From the human T2T-CHM13v2.0 reference genome, Homo sapiens: a DNA stretch of 64,000 bases. The stretch is from assembly GCF_009914755.1 (NCBI RefSeq), contig NC_060936.1. One strand, 5' to 3'. Shown piece after piece: positions 13,764-27,972 of this stretch (position 1 is its first letter; every line of letters starts with the position of its first letter). The translations under genes and the position numbers were made by a program. The notes below the pieces were generated by a model. That model did not search any database, was not told where the DNA came from, and saw only the letters and a list, made by a program, of their open reading frames with translations.

Positions 13764-14749
13764 AACTGAAACAAAAGTTTCACAAAATAGCATGTAGTCT
13801 GCGCCATGCAATCTGTTTATTTTCCATTCTGTTCTATTAATACTTCATTTTTATAAAACGTGTTGGTTGCAACCCACGAAATTCATGCCCTGACCCCTGT
13901 GTGTCACTAGCGGCAGCCCAGAGCCACTGCAGCCCACAGCCCAGTCAGCGCCTCCCCCGAAGCCTGCCCACATCCACAGACGTGGTTTGGCTTCTGCCGT
14001 GTGACATTCTCGCTCTCCCTGGAGGTTCCCTTTGTGTCCCTCGTCACAGGCTCTGCTTACATGCGTGTGGTTGCTTCCCGGATGTCTGTGCTGCACTCTA
14101 GACGGTAGGCTCTGTCAAGACAGGAGCAGTGTCTGCTGTTTGTCCATGATTCCTCAGGAGAGACTCCCAGGAGACTTTCTCCTGTGCCCCCTTCTTGTGC
14201 TGACTTTCCTATCATAGGAGGTGGGGCATCAACAGACGGAGCCTTTGCTCTCTTTTTCAGAAGGACCCTGGACCCTTTCTGCATCTCCCTTTGCAGATGT
14301 CAGCTGCCATTCTAGATGGGGGGGGGGGGGCGGTGCAGCTGTGACATCCCCACAGCACATACAGCTGTGAACTCCCAGCTCCTCACTGAGCACACACCCG
14401 CCTCCACCGTCCTCCGGCACCGCCCACGAGTCCTGCCTCCCTGGGGTCCAGGATGTCGGGCTGTGGGAGAGCCTCCTTGGCAGCTCATGAGGAAGAACTG
14501 GAGACCTTGGTGCCCTGCAATTCCCAGGTCATGACTACCCAAAGAGTCCACAGTTGAGCCTGAGCTCCCTGCCCAACACAGGCCAACCCTGACCTGTCAT
14601 TCAGCCCCAGCGTCTACCAGCATGCCAGCATCCAAGAGTCGCATAACCGCTGTGTGCTAAACACATGCCAGGAGCAACAAACAAGTGGCGAGCAGTGAGA
14701 CCAGACTTCAGGGCTGGGAAGACAGCTGTGGAGGGAGTCAGGCAAGAGA

Positions 14750-15312
14750 GGGCTCATGAAGGCAATGGACACGGGTCCAAGCCACCTGGATTCCCGCCTG
14801 GATGAGGCAGCCGCCTCCCCACGGGCCTCCCCACTACGGTTCTTGTCCCCACCCCTGCTCTCCCCAACACTGCAGCCTTCCAAATTCTCTCTTCCAGAGT
14901 CAGAGCCACGATCGCCTCCAAGGCCACAAAGCCTGCCAGGTTTCCGTTCCCCTTCTGATGGCTGCACCCTCTGCCCTGGCTCCCTCCGCCCCAGACTGAA
15001 CGCTTCCTCGCAGTTTCTGAACAGGCCAGATGCTCCAGCCTGGACATCTCTACCGCTGCTGTTTCCCCTGCCTGGACCTCACCCTCTTCCCTCTGGGAAA
15101 AATGCGGCTGCCCCGAGTCCCCCAGCCCCTGCTCAGATGTTACCTCCTCAGTGAGGCCCTCCTCGAGGGTGCCATCCGAAATCACAGCACCCCTTCCCTG
15201 GATCTCCATCCTTCTCTTTCTCCACTGCATGCAGAGATTTGTCGGCTGTGTCCATCGATGTGTGGCATCACCTAGACGGGTTCCAGGCACTCTGTAAGAG
15301 CTGCTGAATGAG
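14750..15312 (+). mobile_element. L2 LINE 3' fragment
   Basis: Ends CCTAGACGGGTTCCAGGCAC...GCTGAATGA, like the L2 3' terminus. Confidence 0.65.
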
Positions 15313-15356
15313 GGCCCGAGTGCTGGACTCAACCAGGCTTGCAGGATAAGGCAGAT

Positions 15357-15760
15357 GTTGTGGGTGGAATTGCCTCTCCCCACCCCCCATAGGTCCTCAC
15401 CTCCAATCCCTGTGAAACTGGCCTTATTTGGAAATAGAGTCTTTGGCAGGCCAAGTGGAGATGATGTCGTTAAGATGGGCCCTAATCGAATATGATGTCC
15501 TTGTCAAAAGGGGAAATTTGGACACAGGGCAGGTATGCACAGAAAGCAGATAGCGTGAAGACACAGGGAGGGTGCCCGAGGCCACCAGGACCGGGAAGAG
15601 AGGCCCAGAGTAGTTCTCCCTCACATGCTCAGAGGGAACCAACCCCGCGGCACCTTGATTCCAGATGTCTGGCACCCAGAAGAATGAGAGAATGCACCTC
15701 TGTGGTCTAAGCCACCCAACTATGGTACTTATTACCACAGCCTTGGAGAACACAAAAACA
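15357..15760 (+). mobile_element. MLT1B/C-like LTR
   Basis: CCTTATTTGGAAATAGAGTCTTTG...AAGCCACCCAACTATGGTACTTATTACCACAGCC. Confidence 0.8.
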
Positions 15761-15989
15761 GCAGGATTTCATAGTCACACTTGCTAAGGGTGGGAGAGAA
15801 AGCCTAATATGCCAACATGTGCCAGCCGCAAGGCCACACCATCCATGCAAATGCCTTATTTAACGCCTGGGATGGAAACCCCGGTGTGCGTGTCCTGGCT
15901 GTGCCATCAGCTGTACCTCTGTCGGCCACTCTGATCTACACAACCAGAAGACAGGGGTCGGAGGAAGATTGAAGGAATTAATCTGCAAT

Positions 15990-16508
15990 AGCCAGGGCAG
16001 GTAAAGAAGAGCCCCGTCATGCAAGGTGTTACAGGCACTGTTGACAGAGTTTCGTGTTTGTCCTGAAAGTACTGGGAGGCCACTGGAGGGCTTTGTGCAG
16101 GAGGGAGTTCCGTGGAGGGCAGATTGGAGGAATATGGCTGTGATTACAATAGTCCAAGTGAAAGATGCAAGGAGCCTGCTCCAGGGTGGGGTTAGAAATG
16201 GAGAACAGTGGTAGGATTTGAAAGATATGTAGAAGGTTCATAGGTAAGACTTGGCTATCGGGATGAGAGTGAAAAGGTGACATGCTGGATTGGAGATACC
16301 TTTGAGTCATCCCAAAGCAGATATTAACTAACTGCACTAGAGATGTACATTTGTAAGTTATCCACATATGGGTGTTGAGTGAAGTCATGTGGGTGAGTGA
16401 GATGGGAGAGAGGAGAACGAGGTGGTCTAGGACCATTCCTTAAGAACCCTCTTTGAATGGCCCTGAAGAGAAGGATGAGCTTGCAAAGGAGACAGAGGAG
16501 AGAGACAG

Positions 16509-16544
<36 letters not shown>

Positions 16545-16620
16545 GAGAGACAGAGAGAGACAGAGGGGGGGAATAGGAGAGGAATCAGTGTGGAGTATCT
16601 AAAGAGGACATGATCAATGG
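15990..16620 (-). mobile_element. L2 fragment containing a (GA)n tract (about 16488-16565)
   Basis: GGGAGGCCACTGGAGGGCTTTG...GGAGAACAGTGGTAGGATTTGAAAGATAT typical of reverse L2. Confidence 0.65.
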
Positions 16621-17586
16621 ACGGAATCCTGCAGGCATGTATGTTACATATGGCTTCCTCATTCTATGTAGAGATGTCATGGCACCCACTTCATCAAGTT
16701 GTTTTGGGAGGTCAGGAAACGCACCACACACAAAGTGTTAGCTTAATGCTCGGCACAGGTCAGGTGGCCTCAATGTGGAGATGAGTCTCGGACCGGGGGG
16801 TTCCCCCAGGACCGGTGTGACAATGCATCCTGGTTTGCTCAAACAGTCCTGGCTGACACCTGCTGTCCTGCGACTTATGAAAAGCAATTCTCTTTCATTC
16901 TCAAGAGGTCCCAATTTGTGCCGTAAATGATATGAGCATCCCTTCTGTGATGATTAGCACAGGGACTACTTAGGATAGCATGACTCAGGGAAGGGAGTGC
17001 AAAGCACACGTTCTCTCACTGAAAGCTCCTCTTTAAGATAAACTGCAAAATGGTCACAGACATAAACCCAAATGGGAAGAACCCATCAGCGCCTGCTTCA
17101 GACACAAGGGACTCAAAAGTATCAAAGTCAGGTCTCCCCGAAGGGAGACACGCGTGCCGTTCATGCAAGCAGGAAACTACTGCCATATAAAACCTGATAT
17201 CAAGGTTTTGGAAATAGATGATTATTTTAGCCTAAAACCACCCACAGATATTTTCAAATAGTAAATACCCGTGTAAACCAAACTTCGTTGTGAAATGCAG
17301 CTTTAAATATTCCAGCCTCGAAGAAAAAATATCCTATCCTAGAGATTTCTCTCCACTCATAAATGAGTCATGCACTTACAAAGCATGCAGAGTTTTTATT
17401 TTTAATTTATATTCTTTTGATAAATTGCTAGCTATGGTGACAAATATTCTACAGAGCCCCAGAGATCGTTATTATATGATGTGGTGTTATAGATCATATT
17501 ATACTGATTGACTAATTGTAAAACAGAAGTATTAAAAAAGATTTACAATATGCAAATGGCATAAAATTATTTTTAAAAGAGCCTTT

Positions 17587-17695
17587 TTCTTTTTTTGAGA
17601 CAGAGTCTCACTCTGTTGCCCAGGCTGGATGGAGTGCAGTGGTGCCATCTCAGCTCACTGCAACCTCCGCCTCCCAGATTCAAGCAATTCTCCTG
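17587..17695 (-). mobile_element. 5'-truncated Alu (right-arm 3' part) with TSD-like TTAAAAGAG(C/T)CTTT
   Basis: Reverse Alu 3' end stops after GCAATTCTCCTG; flanking direct repeat. Confidence 0.85.
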
Positions 17696-18337
17696 TTTAA
17701 AAAGAGTCTTTGATGTTTATAAACAAAAAATACTTTATGTCATTGCTGAGAGGTAAAAAAAAAAAAAAAAAGCTAGGATACTAGGATATATTTAAAAGGG
17801 TAAAGAAACAAAGACCAGTGTGACATTACCATTTATTTTAAAAGAATTTATTATGTTTCTATAAATATAACATGAAGAAATTTTACCACAGTGCCAAAAA
17901 AAGAGCCTCCTTTTCCTGCTGAGGACACCCCACAGGAAAATAAACACAAGTGACCCAACCTAGAAGAAAATCAATTGTGTAGTAAGTGACCGTAATATGA
18001 GCTGAAGCTCGTGGGAAATTCCAAGACCTACAAATGATTTTATTAAAATACATATTTTGTACAAAGATCTTGGCAAGATTGCGAAAAATAAATTATTCGC
18101 AAAGGGCTAGACGTTTTAAAATAAATTTATTGAGCCATAACTCACATACAATAAAATTCATCCCTTTAAAATTTACAATTCAGTAGGTTTAAATAGATTC
18201 ATGTTGTTGTACAACCATCACCAATCTATCTGGTTTTAGAACATTTTCGTCATTGCAGAAAGAAACGGCATCTCCATTAGCAGCAGTTGTTATTGATTCC
18301 ACCTCTCCCTGGGACTCAGAATCATTCGTTCACTGCT

Positions 18338-18637
18338 CTTTTTTTTTTTTTTCCCCTCACTCTGTTGCCCAGGCTGGAGTGCAGAGGTGTAATCACAGCT
18401 CACTGCAGCCTCAAACTACTGGGCTCAATCAATCCTCCCACCTCAGCCTCCCAAGTCACTAGGACTACAGGCATGTGCCACTATACCTGGCTAATTTTTA
18501 AAACAATCTTTGTAGAGACAAGATCTCACTATGTTGCCCAGGCTGGTTTTGAAGTCCTAACCTCAAGCAATCCTTCCACCTAGGCGTCCCAAAGTGCTGG
18601 GATTACAGGGATTACATACACTACCACGCACAGCCTC
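18338..18637 (-). mobile_element. AluJ-like element
   Basis: Diverged reverse Alu. Confidence 0.9.
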
Positions 18638-19177
18638 ATTAACCTGTTCCTGACTTTACAGATTTACCTATTCAAAACATTTCATGTAAATGGAATCCTA
18701 CAGTTTGTGGTCTTTTGTGGCTGGCTTATTTCATTCAGCGTGTTTTCAAGGTTCATCTACATTGTAGCGGATGTATTGTATTCCTTTTTATGGCTGAATA
18801 ATAATCCATTGTATAGAATACCATATTTGGTTTATTCGGTTGTCTCTTGGTGAACATTTGGGGTTTTTCCACCTTTGGGCTATTTTGAACATACAGGTTC
18901 AAGTTTTTACGTGACATATGCTTTCAATTCCCTTGGGTATATACTTAGGTGTCAAATTGCCAATCATGTGGTAATTCTATGCTAATGTTTTTGCAGAACA
19001 AACAAAACTGTCTTCCAAAGTGCTGCACCACTTACAATCAGAGCAGGAATGTATCATGGTTCCAATTTTTCCACACCCTTACCACACTTGTTATTGTCTG
19101 TCTGTTTTTTTATTACAGTCATCCTAGTGGGTGTGAAGTAATACTCATTGTAGCTTTGATGTGCATTTTCTTAATGA

Positions 19178-19509
<332 letters not shown>

Positions 19510-20549
19510 CACATTGAGAATCTTTTTATATGATGATTGGCCTTTTATATGTCTTCTATGGATAAATGTCTATTTGGATCCTTTTTCCATGTTCAAAAGG
19601 CATGCTTTTTATGAGTTGTAAGAGTACTTCATATGTTATAGATACAAGCCCTTTATCACATGTATGATTTACAAATATATTCTTCTGTAGATTGACTTTC
19701 CACTTTCTTTACAGTATATTTTGGGGGCACAAAACTGTTTTAAATTTTGATGAAACTCATATCTATTTTTTTTCCTTTCTCCCTTGTGCTTTTGGTATCA
19801 TAGCTAAGAAAAAGTTGTTTAATCCAAAGTCATGAAGATTTATGCCTATGTTTTCCTCTATGAGATTTATAGTTTTATCTCTTAATTTGGGGGCTGTGTT
19901 CCATTTGGTGTTAATGTTTGTATAATACGGTATAAGATGGGCATCCAACTTCATTCTTTTGCGTGTGGAATTCTAATTGTCTCTCACCATTTACTGAAAG
20001 GATGATCGTTTCCCCCATGGACTTGTCATTGCTTCCTTGTGGAAAGTTAACTGACCATAAATAAGAGTCTATAATCTGGGCTCTCCATTCATTCCAGTGA
20101 GCAGCTATATGTCTGTATTCATGCTAGCACCTCACTGTTTTGATTGCTATAGCTTTATAAGCTTTGGAATTGAGAACTATGAGTCCTCCAACTTGGCTGT
20201 TCTTTTACAAGATCATGTTGGCTGTTCTGGGGTCCTTGCGTCCTGACCTACAAGTTCCTGCTCTAGCACTGCTCCCTATAGCCCCTGCATCCAAGCCCCT
20301 GAGTTTCCGAGTCTCTGCCTATTTCCAGTGCTTGTTTCCCATCCTTTTCCCCAATTCTGCGAGCTCCCTTTTAGTTCCTTTCATTGTCACTGGCCAGAGT
20401 TCATTTCTGTTGCTTGCAACCAATGTATGGAAGCAATCCAGTAGCTTCCTTCCCTTGGGAGAGGGCTGTAAGGTTACTGTTGGTTAAGACCCTTCCAGCC
20501 CCCACTGCAGGGCCCTACTCTGTGCCATGGGAGGCTGACACTCATGACT

Positions 20550-20985
20550 GCTATTAGTTCCTGGGGCTGCTCTGACAAATCACCCCAACTGGGTGGCTTA
20601 AAACAACAGAAACATATTCTCTCGCAGTCCTTAGGGTCAGAAGTCTGAAATCTAGGAGGCAGCAGGGTCCTGCTCCCTCTGAAGGCTCCAGGGAGGATCC
20701 TTGCTCATCCCTTTTGGCTCTGGTGGCTCCTGGCTGTCCTCTGTCCCTCGCCTTGTGGCGGCACCTCTCCAGCCTCTGTCTCCATAGCCACATGGCCTTC
20801 TCCTCTGTGTCTGGGTCCTCTCCTCTTCTTACAGAGACACCAGTCATTGGATTTAGGGCCTACCCTGAATTCAGGATGATTTCAGCTCAAGATCCTTAAC
20901 CAATTACACCTCTAAAGACTCTATCCTCAAACAAGCTCATTCTGAGACTGGGTGTGGACGTGACTGTTGAGGAGACACTCCTCAA
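20550..20985 (-). mobile_element. MLT1B/C-like LTR
   Basis: TATTAGTTCCTGGGGCTGCT...CTGGGTGGCTTAAAACAACAGAAA. Confidence 0.8.
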
Positions 20986-22534
20986 CGTCCCTTGGATGGC
21001 ATCCCTCAGACTCACTTGCTGTTGCATTTCGAGGTGGGTTCGGCCCGTAAGAGGCACTGGCCAGGAAGCAGAGAGCAGGAGCAGAGACAGGTCGGACGTT
21101 TCTTCCCACCGCCCTCTGCTGTCACACTCAGGGCTTAGTGTGGCTGTGCCCCGCGCACCTGCAGCTCCCGCTTACCAAGCCCATGTCCAAGGCCCTGGCC
21201 GTCTGCAGCTCTGGGAACGCTACTCCTTCCTCCTGCCCCCCAGGCCTGGGGGAGAGGGTACTACTCCTTACCATCACTGCTCCCTCGGGGCCTCAGCCTC
21301 TCTTGTGTTTTGCTTAACTTTGCCCACCTTTGAAGGGAGTCCCTCTATTAAAATGTCTTCCAGGGAACCATCTGAATGAGATTCTTCTCCCTGCTGGGAC
21401 CCTGATTGATTCGAAGATTATCATTTATTCATTTGGCTCAGTACAAGTGATAAAGATGATCCTCATTGGGATGAGTGACTTTTTCATTTTATCTACAAAA
21501 CAGCAAAAAGGGAATCTACTGGGCTCAGCCGAGCGCTCCAGTGATGCTTCCAAATTAAAATTAGCTTTTAAAAACTAGGAGTCATAAAGGACAGATGTTT
21601 TAGTGAAGTCAGCTGGCATTTGCACTCTTCTCCCGAGGCACCTTAATTCTCCAGTGTCTCCTCTAACCTATAAATGCTCTTCCCTACCGCTGCTTTTGGT
21701 TTGATTACCAAGCGCCACTGGTGTCCCATTTGATAATATTCCTCTGAGAGACCAATCCTGCCAATGGTTCCATTTGCTGTCACTTTCCGCTATGCTCATT
21801 GAGATGGCAAAAGAGAAAGAATCCTGTGATCCCAGTTGTGAGGTCTGGCTGCCAGAGATAGGAGCACACCCATCTGTGAGAGAGTTTGTCCTTTCTGAAG
21901 GAAGAGGGTCTTCTATTTATAACCCCCCATGGAAGTTAGGCAAGAGGATAACCTCAGGGCTGTCAACGGGCAGGGGGATGCCTGCCTTTTCCAGAAAAGT
22001 CTTTGCGGAAAGACTCAGCCCAAAACAAGGACCTCTAGAAAGAAGTCCTGTGCTTCCTGAGCTGACAATTTGATACTGGCTCTGCAGTCCCCTTTAAAAA
22101 ATTGGATATTTTTATCCAACAATTGCGTGTAATTTGTACATATGCAGCTTGCTCTTACCTGCTATTTTTTTCCATTTAAAATATACCATAACCATTTTCA
22201 TGTGTCATTAAGGATTATTTTGTGACTTTATTGATAATTACTGCACAAATTTTCACTCCATGCCTTTTATCTTTACTTAGCCAATTGCCTATTATTGGGA
22301 ATTAACTTTGTTAGCCATTTTTCAATATTATAAGTAGTGCTGTAAAGAATATCTCTGTCTATACTTCTTAGAGCTTATTTTTTACCATTTCCTAAAGCGA
22401 AGTTCTTCACTGTAGAATTCCTACGTCAGAGATTTGCAGATTTTGAAGAACTTTGATATGTGTTATGGAAATATCCCCAAAAAGGCTGCACTCGTGTGTG
22501 TTCTCACTAACAGGATATTATTATTATCATTATT

Positions 22535-22852
<318 letters not shown>

Positions 22853-25165
22853 TAAGCATAAAATGAAATTCCTTTGTTGTTGCATTTGTTTGATGAATAA
22901 TGAGATTATGCTGTTTTTGTTTTTTAAAAAATTACTAGCTATTGAAGTGACTATCTATTCTTTGCCCATTTTTCCACTGGGTACATTAGCTATACTTGAT
23001 TGATTTATAAGAATTCTTTAGATATTTGAAATTTTAAAACTTTATCCACAATACTTTTTGTAGTTTGTTATTTGCATTTTAAGTTAGCTTTTGAAATTTT
23101 TTAATTTTATGGAAAAGTTTAAATGTTTCTGTAGTCATGAATATCAATCTTTTCCTTAGTCTCTTTTAAGGAAGATATTTCATTTTCATCCTTGGAAAGG
23201 CATTTTTTACCATGGAAACAGACATGTAGCCATGTAATATTGTGGTCTAGCATTTCCTTAGTTTCATTTTTTACACTTACATATTTAAACTGCCTAAAAT
23301 GTATTCAGAGAAAGTCATATGTTAGGGATTTAAGTTAATTAATTTTATTTTAAATGGCTATGTAAATGGCTATCTAGTTGTCTCAAAACAAATTGTTATA
23401 ATAAACAATTCACCCTTCAACTCTGATTTGAAATGTTATCTTTCTTCTTATTTGGTCTTCTCCTTGACTTTATATCTTGTTCCAATGACCTGTCTGTTCA
23501 TATCCTTGCGAATCCCCTCTATCTTAATTACCACACACACACACACACACATTTGACTTCTGAAAGTATTTTATTCAAATATAATTTGAATCTATACATA
23601 TAGATAGATTATACACAAATTTTGTTGTGTAAAGTCATTCCTTGTTCGTTTTCAAAACACACTTACCTGTTGTACTAGTTTGGGTACAATCGGGAGACAC
23701 AAATTGCACAGTGATTTAAACAAGGAAAGTTTAATGTAAATGATGATGATGATAAGAGATTAACTATAAAATATAGGCTACTCTAGGACTGGGATAGAAA
23801 AAATAAGGAAGGACAAGCTGGAAGGCCCCTCCCCAGGCTGGGCTCAGACCTCATTGGAGAAGGCTGTCCTTGCCCCTTTTGGAATGGCAGAGAAGTCTGC
23901 TGGTTTGCTCAGGCCAGCAGGGTCCTAGTTTCTGGGCCACAGGAAGTCCCCCTCTGGGGCACAAGTGAGCCACAGCTGGTGTCCCAGTACATGACATGCA
24001 GAAGCCTGGACCACGGGGCCTCGTGTCGAGGGTTGGGCCAGGGTTGAAGGTTGCTGAGGAACCATGTTTTCTGGGTGCATGACTGAGGCAGGCACCCCCT
24101 GCTACCTGGTCACCCACACTGGCTGTCATGCTTATTCTTCTATATGCAGGTTAGAATCATCTTTATCTAGTTCCAAAATTCATACTACGGGAACTGAATT
24201 CAGTATATTTATGATTTTGGAGAAAATGATGCCTTTGCAATACTCAACATTGTTGCCCAGGAATACATATTTCTCTCCATTTATTTTTATTGTCATAGCA
24301 ATGTTTTAGGATTTCTTCTTATGCATTCTGCTCATTTATTTTAGTCTCTTCCTTTTTGTTATTTCCACCTCTTATTTCTGTTCCTTGCCTTCTAGCATTA
24401 GCTAGAAGGTTATCAAATATGAGTAATGATATTTAAAATCCTTGATTCTTACTCTTATGGGGATGCCTCTCCTCTGTACCTTCAGGACAGCATTGACTAT
24501 TAGCTGAAGGTGGATATTCACCCTCACATTAAGTCAGGGTCTTTCTATTTATTCTCAGCTATCTCTGTGTTTTATCGAATGCCTCCACAGATGTATCAAG
24601 AGGATCATTGGTTTCCTTCTTTAGCCAATTCATGTGAATGGTATTAGTAAGTTTCTAAATAATGAGCTATCCTTGCATCACCCGAAATAAAACCGCTCAT
24701 TTGCTATGGTGCGTTATCTTTTCAGCATAGTACTGAATTTGATTTCCTAGTAGCCTGTTTAGGATTTAGAGATCTTTAATTGTGAAAGAGAATAATCTCT
24801 ATTTTCTTTCTTGAATTGTTAGGTTTTGGAATGAGGATTAGGCTGGCTCTGTAAAACACTGGGAAGGATTCCATCTTTCTGTGTATAAGCAAATGTGTCT
24901 TCAAGTCTTGGCGATCAGAGCTCTACAATCTTTCCCATCCACGCTGCCCCCCAGTCCCTCTCCTGCCCTTGTTTCTGGCCTCATCCTTGCAGATTCCTAG
25001 CTGGTATCCCTGCCTGCAGTCTCTGCCCCTGGAAAACACATGGCAGGTTCATGGCTCCCCCCTGCAGTCTGGCCCCAGACCCCATGCCCTGGATCACTGT
25101 CCTAGGCATATAAGCTTTCTGTGCCTGTTTCCTGATCTGTAAGAGAACAATGATAATGACCCCTT

Positions 25166-25590
25166 TGTATTAGTTTCTGGGGGCTGCTGTAACAAAGTGT
25201 CACACTGAGCAGCTTAAACAACAGGAATGTGTTGTCTCACAGTTCTGGAGGCCAGGTCTGAGATTGAGATGTGGGTTAGGTTGGTTTCTTCTGCTCCAGG
25301 CCTCTCTCCTCGCTTCCCATGGCTGCTGGCCATCTTTGGCAATCCCGAGAGTGTGAGGCTTCACCCTGATCTCTGCCTCCATCCTCACATTCTTCCTGCA
25401 TGCAAGCCTGTGCCCAAGTTTCCCCCTTCTTAGAAGGACCCTCATCACAACGGAGGAGGGACCCGCCCTAATGACCTCACCTTAACCAGTTACAGTTGCA
25501 CAGACCCTATTTTCAAAGAAGGTCACATTTGGAGTTTCTGGGGTTGGGACTTCCACAGATAAATTTGGAGAGGTCAAATCCAATCCCTAG
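25166..25590 (-). mobile_element. MLT1-type LTR inserted in a MIR (MIR parts about 25115-25165 and 25590-25690)
   Basis: TGTATTAGTTTCTGGGGCTGCTGTAACAAAG...CTCACAGTTCTGGAGGCCAG; MIR sequence resumes after it. Confidence 0.75.
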
Positions 25591-26436
25591 TGCCCCTTAA
25601 TAGGGCTGTGAGGATGAATGAGCTCATATGTACCAATTACTTAGAATAGTGCCTGGCAACTAGTAAGTGCTCAGAAGTGCCAGCTGTTGTTGTTTTGTGG
25701 TTATTCAAGGACTATATTGAATGTCTCTTCCTTCAGAAAGCATCTCTCCTGGCTCCGGCCAGACAGAACCTCTCCTGCTGTTCTCGAGTAGCTTTTACTT
25801 TTGACTCTGGTAGAGAAATGAACACATTTGGCCTTTTGTTATAGTTTTTGTGTTACTTGCTCATCACAAGGCATAACTAAAATACAATCCCTTAATACTC
25901 ACTCCCCCACAGCCCCCCCGCCCCCCCCCCCCCACATCTCTCATTAAACCCGGCACGCTTGCCATTCTCCACAGGCGCCTTTAGCACTTTCCATCCCCTG
26001 CATGCCTTGGAAGCCATTGCTTCTTCAGGTCTGTGGGAGGTGAGGGCTTCCCCATCACTGGGGAACCATCCTGGAGTGCCCTGTTGTCCCTTGAAGGTGT
26101 CCTTACCCTGCCCATTTGTCTGTTAGGGGTCCCCTCACTGAATTCTCCCGATGCCCAGTGATCTCTGAGCCTGCATCACATTCCCAAGAGTAGGGGATGA
26201 CTGCTCACCCATGGTCCTTGCCTCTGGACCAACGCGGGGGTAGAGACACAAACTAGCATTTATTTGTGTGAATACAGCGTAGGCACAGATGTGGATGCTT
26301 TGCACATCATCACTTCTAATATCCACACAAAGCAAGCATTGTCGGCTCCATTTCACAGGGGAGGAAATTTTGACCTCGAGGGTCTTAATTATTGCCCAAG
26401 TTTACGGACATTTTACCCACTGTTTGCCCTGCCTAC

Positions 26437-26879
26437 TGAGGTAGCACGTGGGACTTGACTCTATAGGTGGGGCTTGGATACTGGAACAAATTGAGGACTA
26501 GCTAAAACAGGGCCAAGGCATAAGCAGCTTTCCATAAGACACGCCCACCAGTGTGCCATGTCAGTTTACCATTGCCATGGCAAAACCTGGAAGTTACCAC
26601 CCTTTTCCTAGAAATTTTTGCAAAACCTGCCCCTTTATTTTCATGTAATTAAAAGTGGGCATAAATACGACTGCAGCCCTGCCTCTGAGCTGCTGCTCTG
26701 GGCACACTGCCTGTGGGGAGCCCTGCTCTGAGAGGAGCAGCACCTCTGCCGCTGTGCACAGCCACTTCCATAACAGTTGCTGTCCAGCACCACCGTCTCC
26801 CCCTTGAGTTCTTTCCTGGGCAAAGTCAAGAACCCTTCCAGGCTAAGCCCCAGTTTTGGGGCTCCCCCATCTTGCGTCA
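26437..26879 (+). mobile_element. ERV1 solo LTR (MER4 group, MER48/MER50-like)
   Basis: TG...CA termini; near-TSD CTAC/CTAG; GACACGCCCACCAGTGTGCCATGTCAGTTTACCATTGCCATGGCAA block and TTCTTTCCTGGGCAAAGTCAAGAACCC U5. Confidence 0.8.
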
Positions 26880-26976
26880 CTAGGGTATCTTTTTCCAACT
26901 CTCAGCTCCATCCACTGACCCCCTTCCCCCAGCATCCATCCAGTGGATGTCTAACCATTTTGAAAACCTTTCTCAA

Positions 26977-27335
26977 GGCCAGGTGTGGTGGCTCATGCCT
27001 GTATTCCCAGCACTTCAGGAGGCCAAGGTGGGTGGATCACCTGAGGTCAGGAGTTCGAGACCAGCCTGGCCATCATGGCAAAACCCCATTTCCACTAAAA
27101 ATACAAGAATTAGCTGGGTGTGGTGGTGAGCACCTGTAATCCCAGCTACTCGGGAGGCTGAGGCAGGAGAATCACTTGATCCTGGGAGGCAGAGGTTGCA
27201 GTCGCACCATTGCACTCCAGCCTGGGCAACAAGAGCAAAACTCTGTCAAAAAAAAAAAAAGGAAAGAAAAGAAAGAAAAAAGAAAAGAAAAGAAAAAGAA
27301 AGAGAGAGAGAGAAAGAAAGAAAGAAAGAAAGTGA

Positions 27336-27387
<52 letters not shown>

Positions 27388-27428
27388 AGGAAAGAAGAAA
27401 GAGGGAGGAAGGAATGAAGGAAGGAAAA
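26977..27428 (+). mobile_element. AluS element whose tail has expanded into a (GAAA)n/(GGAA)n tract (27260-27428)
   Basis: GATCACCTGAGGTCAGGAGTTCGAGACC; about 170-bp purine tract. Confidence 0.93.
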
Positions 27429-27601
27429 ACCTTTTTCAAATATCCCCTTCTTGGTGAAGGCTCTCCTGACTTCTCTGGAGTATCTGGTATCTTGCTCATG
27501 TCTTCTTTATAATACTCATCCTGGGGTTATTTCTTCTCTGACTGTCAAACCAGACCCGAAACTTTGAGGATGGGATGAGAGTCCAGTTTCCTCGGCTCCC
27601 C

Positions 27602-27972
27602 TGTATTAGTCCATTTTCACACTGCTGATAAAGACATACCTGAGACTGGACAACTTACAAAAGAAAGAGGTTTTATTGGACTCACAGTTCCACATGGCTG
27701 GGGAAGCCTCACAATCATGGCAGAAGGCAAGGAGGAGCAAGTCATGTCTTACATGGATGGCAGCAGGCAAAAAGAGGAGCTTGTGCAAGGAAACTCCCAT
27801 TTTTAAAACAATCAGATCTGGTGAGACTCATTCTCTATCACAAGAACAGCACAGGAAAGACCCACTCCTGTAATTCAATCACCTCCCACTGGGTTCCTCC
27901 CATGACACTTGGGAATTGTGGGAGTTACAATTCAAGATGAGACTCGGCTGGGGACACAGCCAAACTATATTA
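27602..27972 (-). mobile_element. THE1/MSTA MaLR solo LTR with 5-bp TSD TCCCC
   Basis: TGTATTAGTCCATTTTCACACTGCTGATAAAGACATACC...GGGGACACAGCCAAACTATAT; TCCCC at 27597-27601 and 27973-27977. Confidence 0.9.

Noticed and set aside
12844-13811. Cys/Val- and His/Thr-rich ORFs up to 317 aa
   Set aside because: Translations of the degenerate (TG)n tract.
27146-27499. Lys/Glu/Arg-rich and Phe/Leu/Ser-rich ORFs
   Set aside because: Alu plus (GAAA)n translation.
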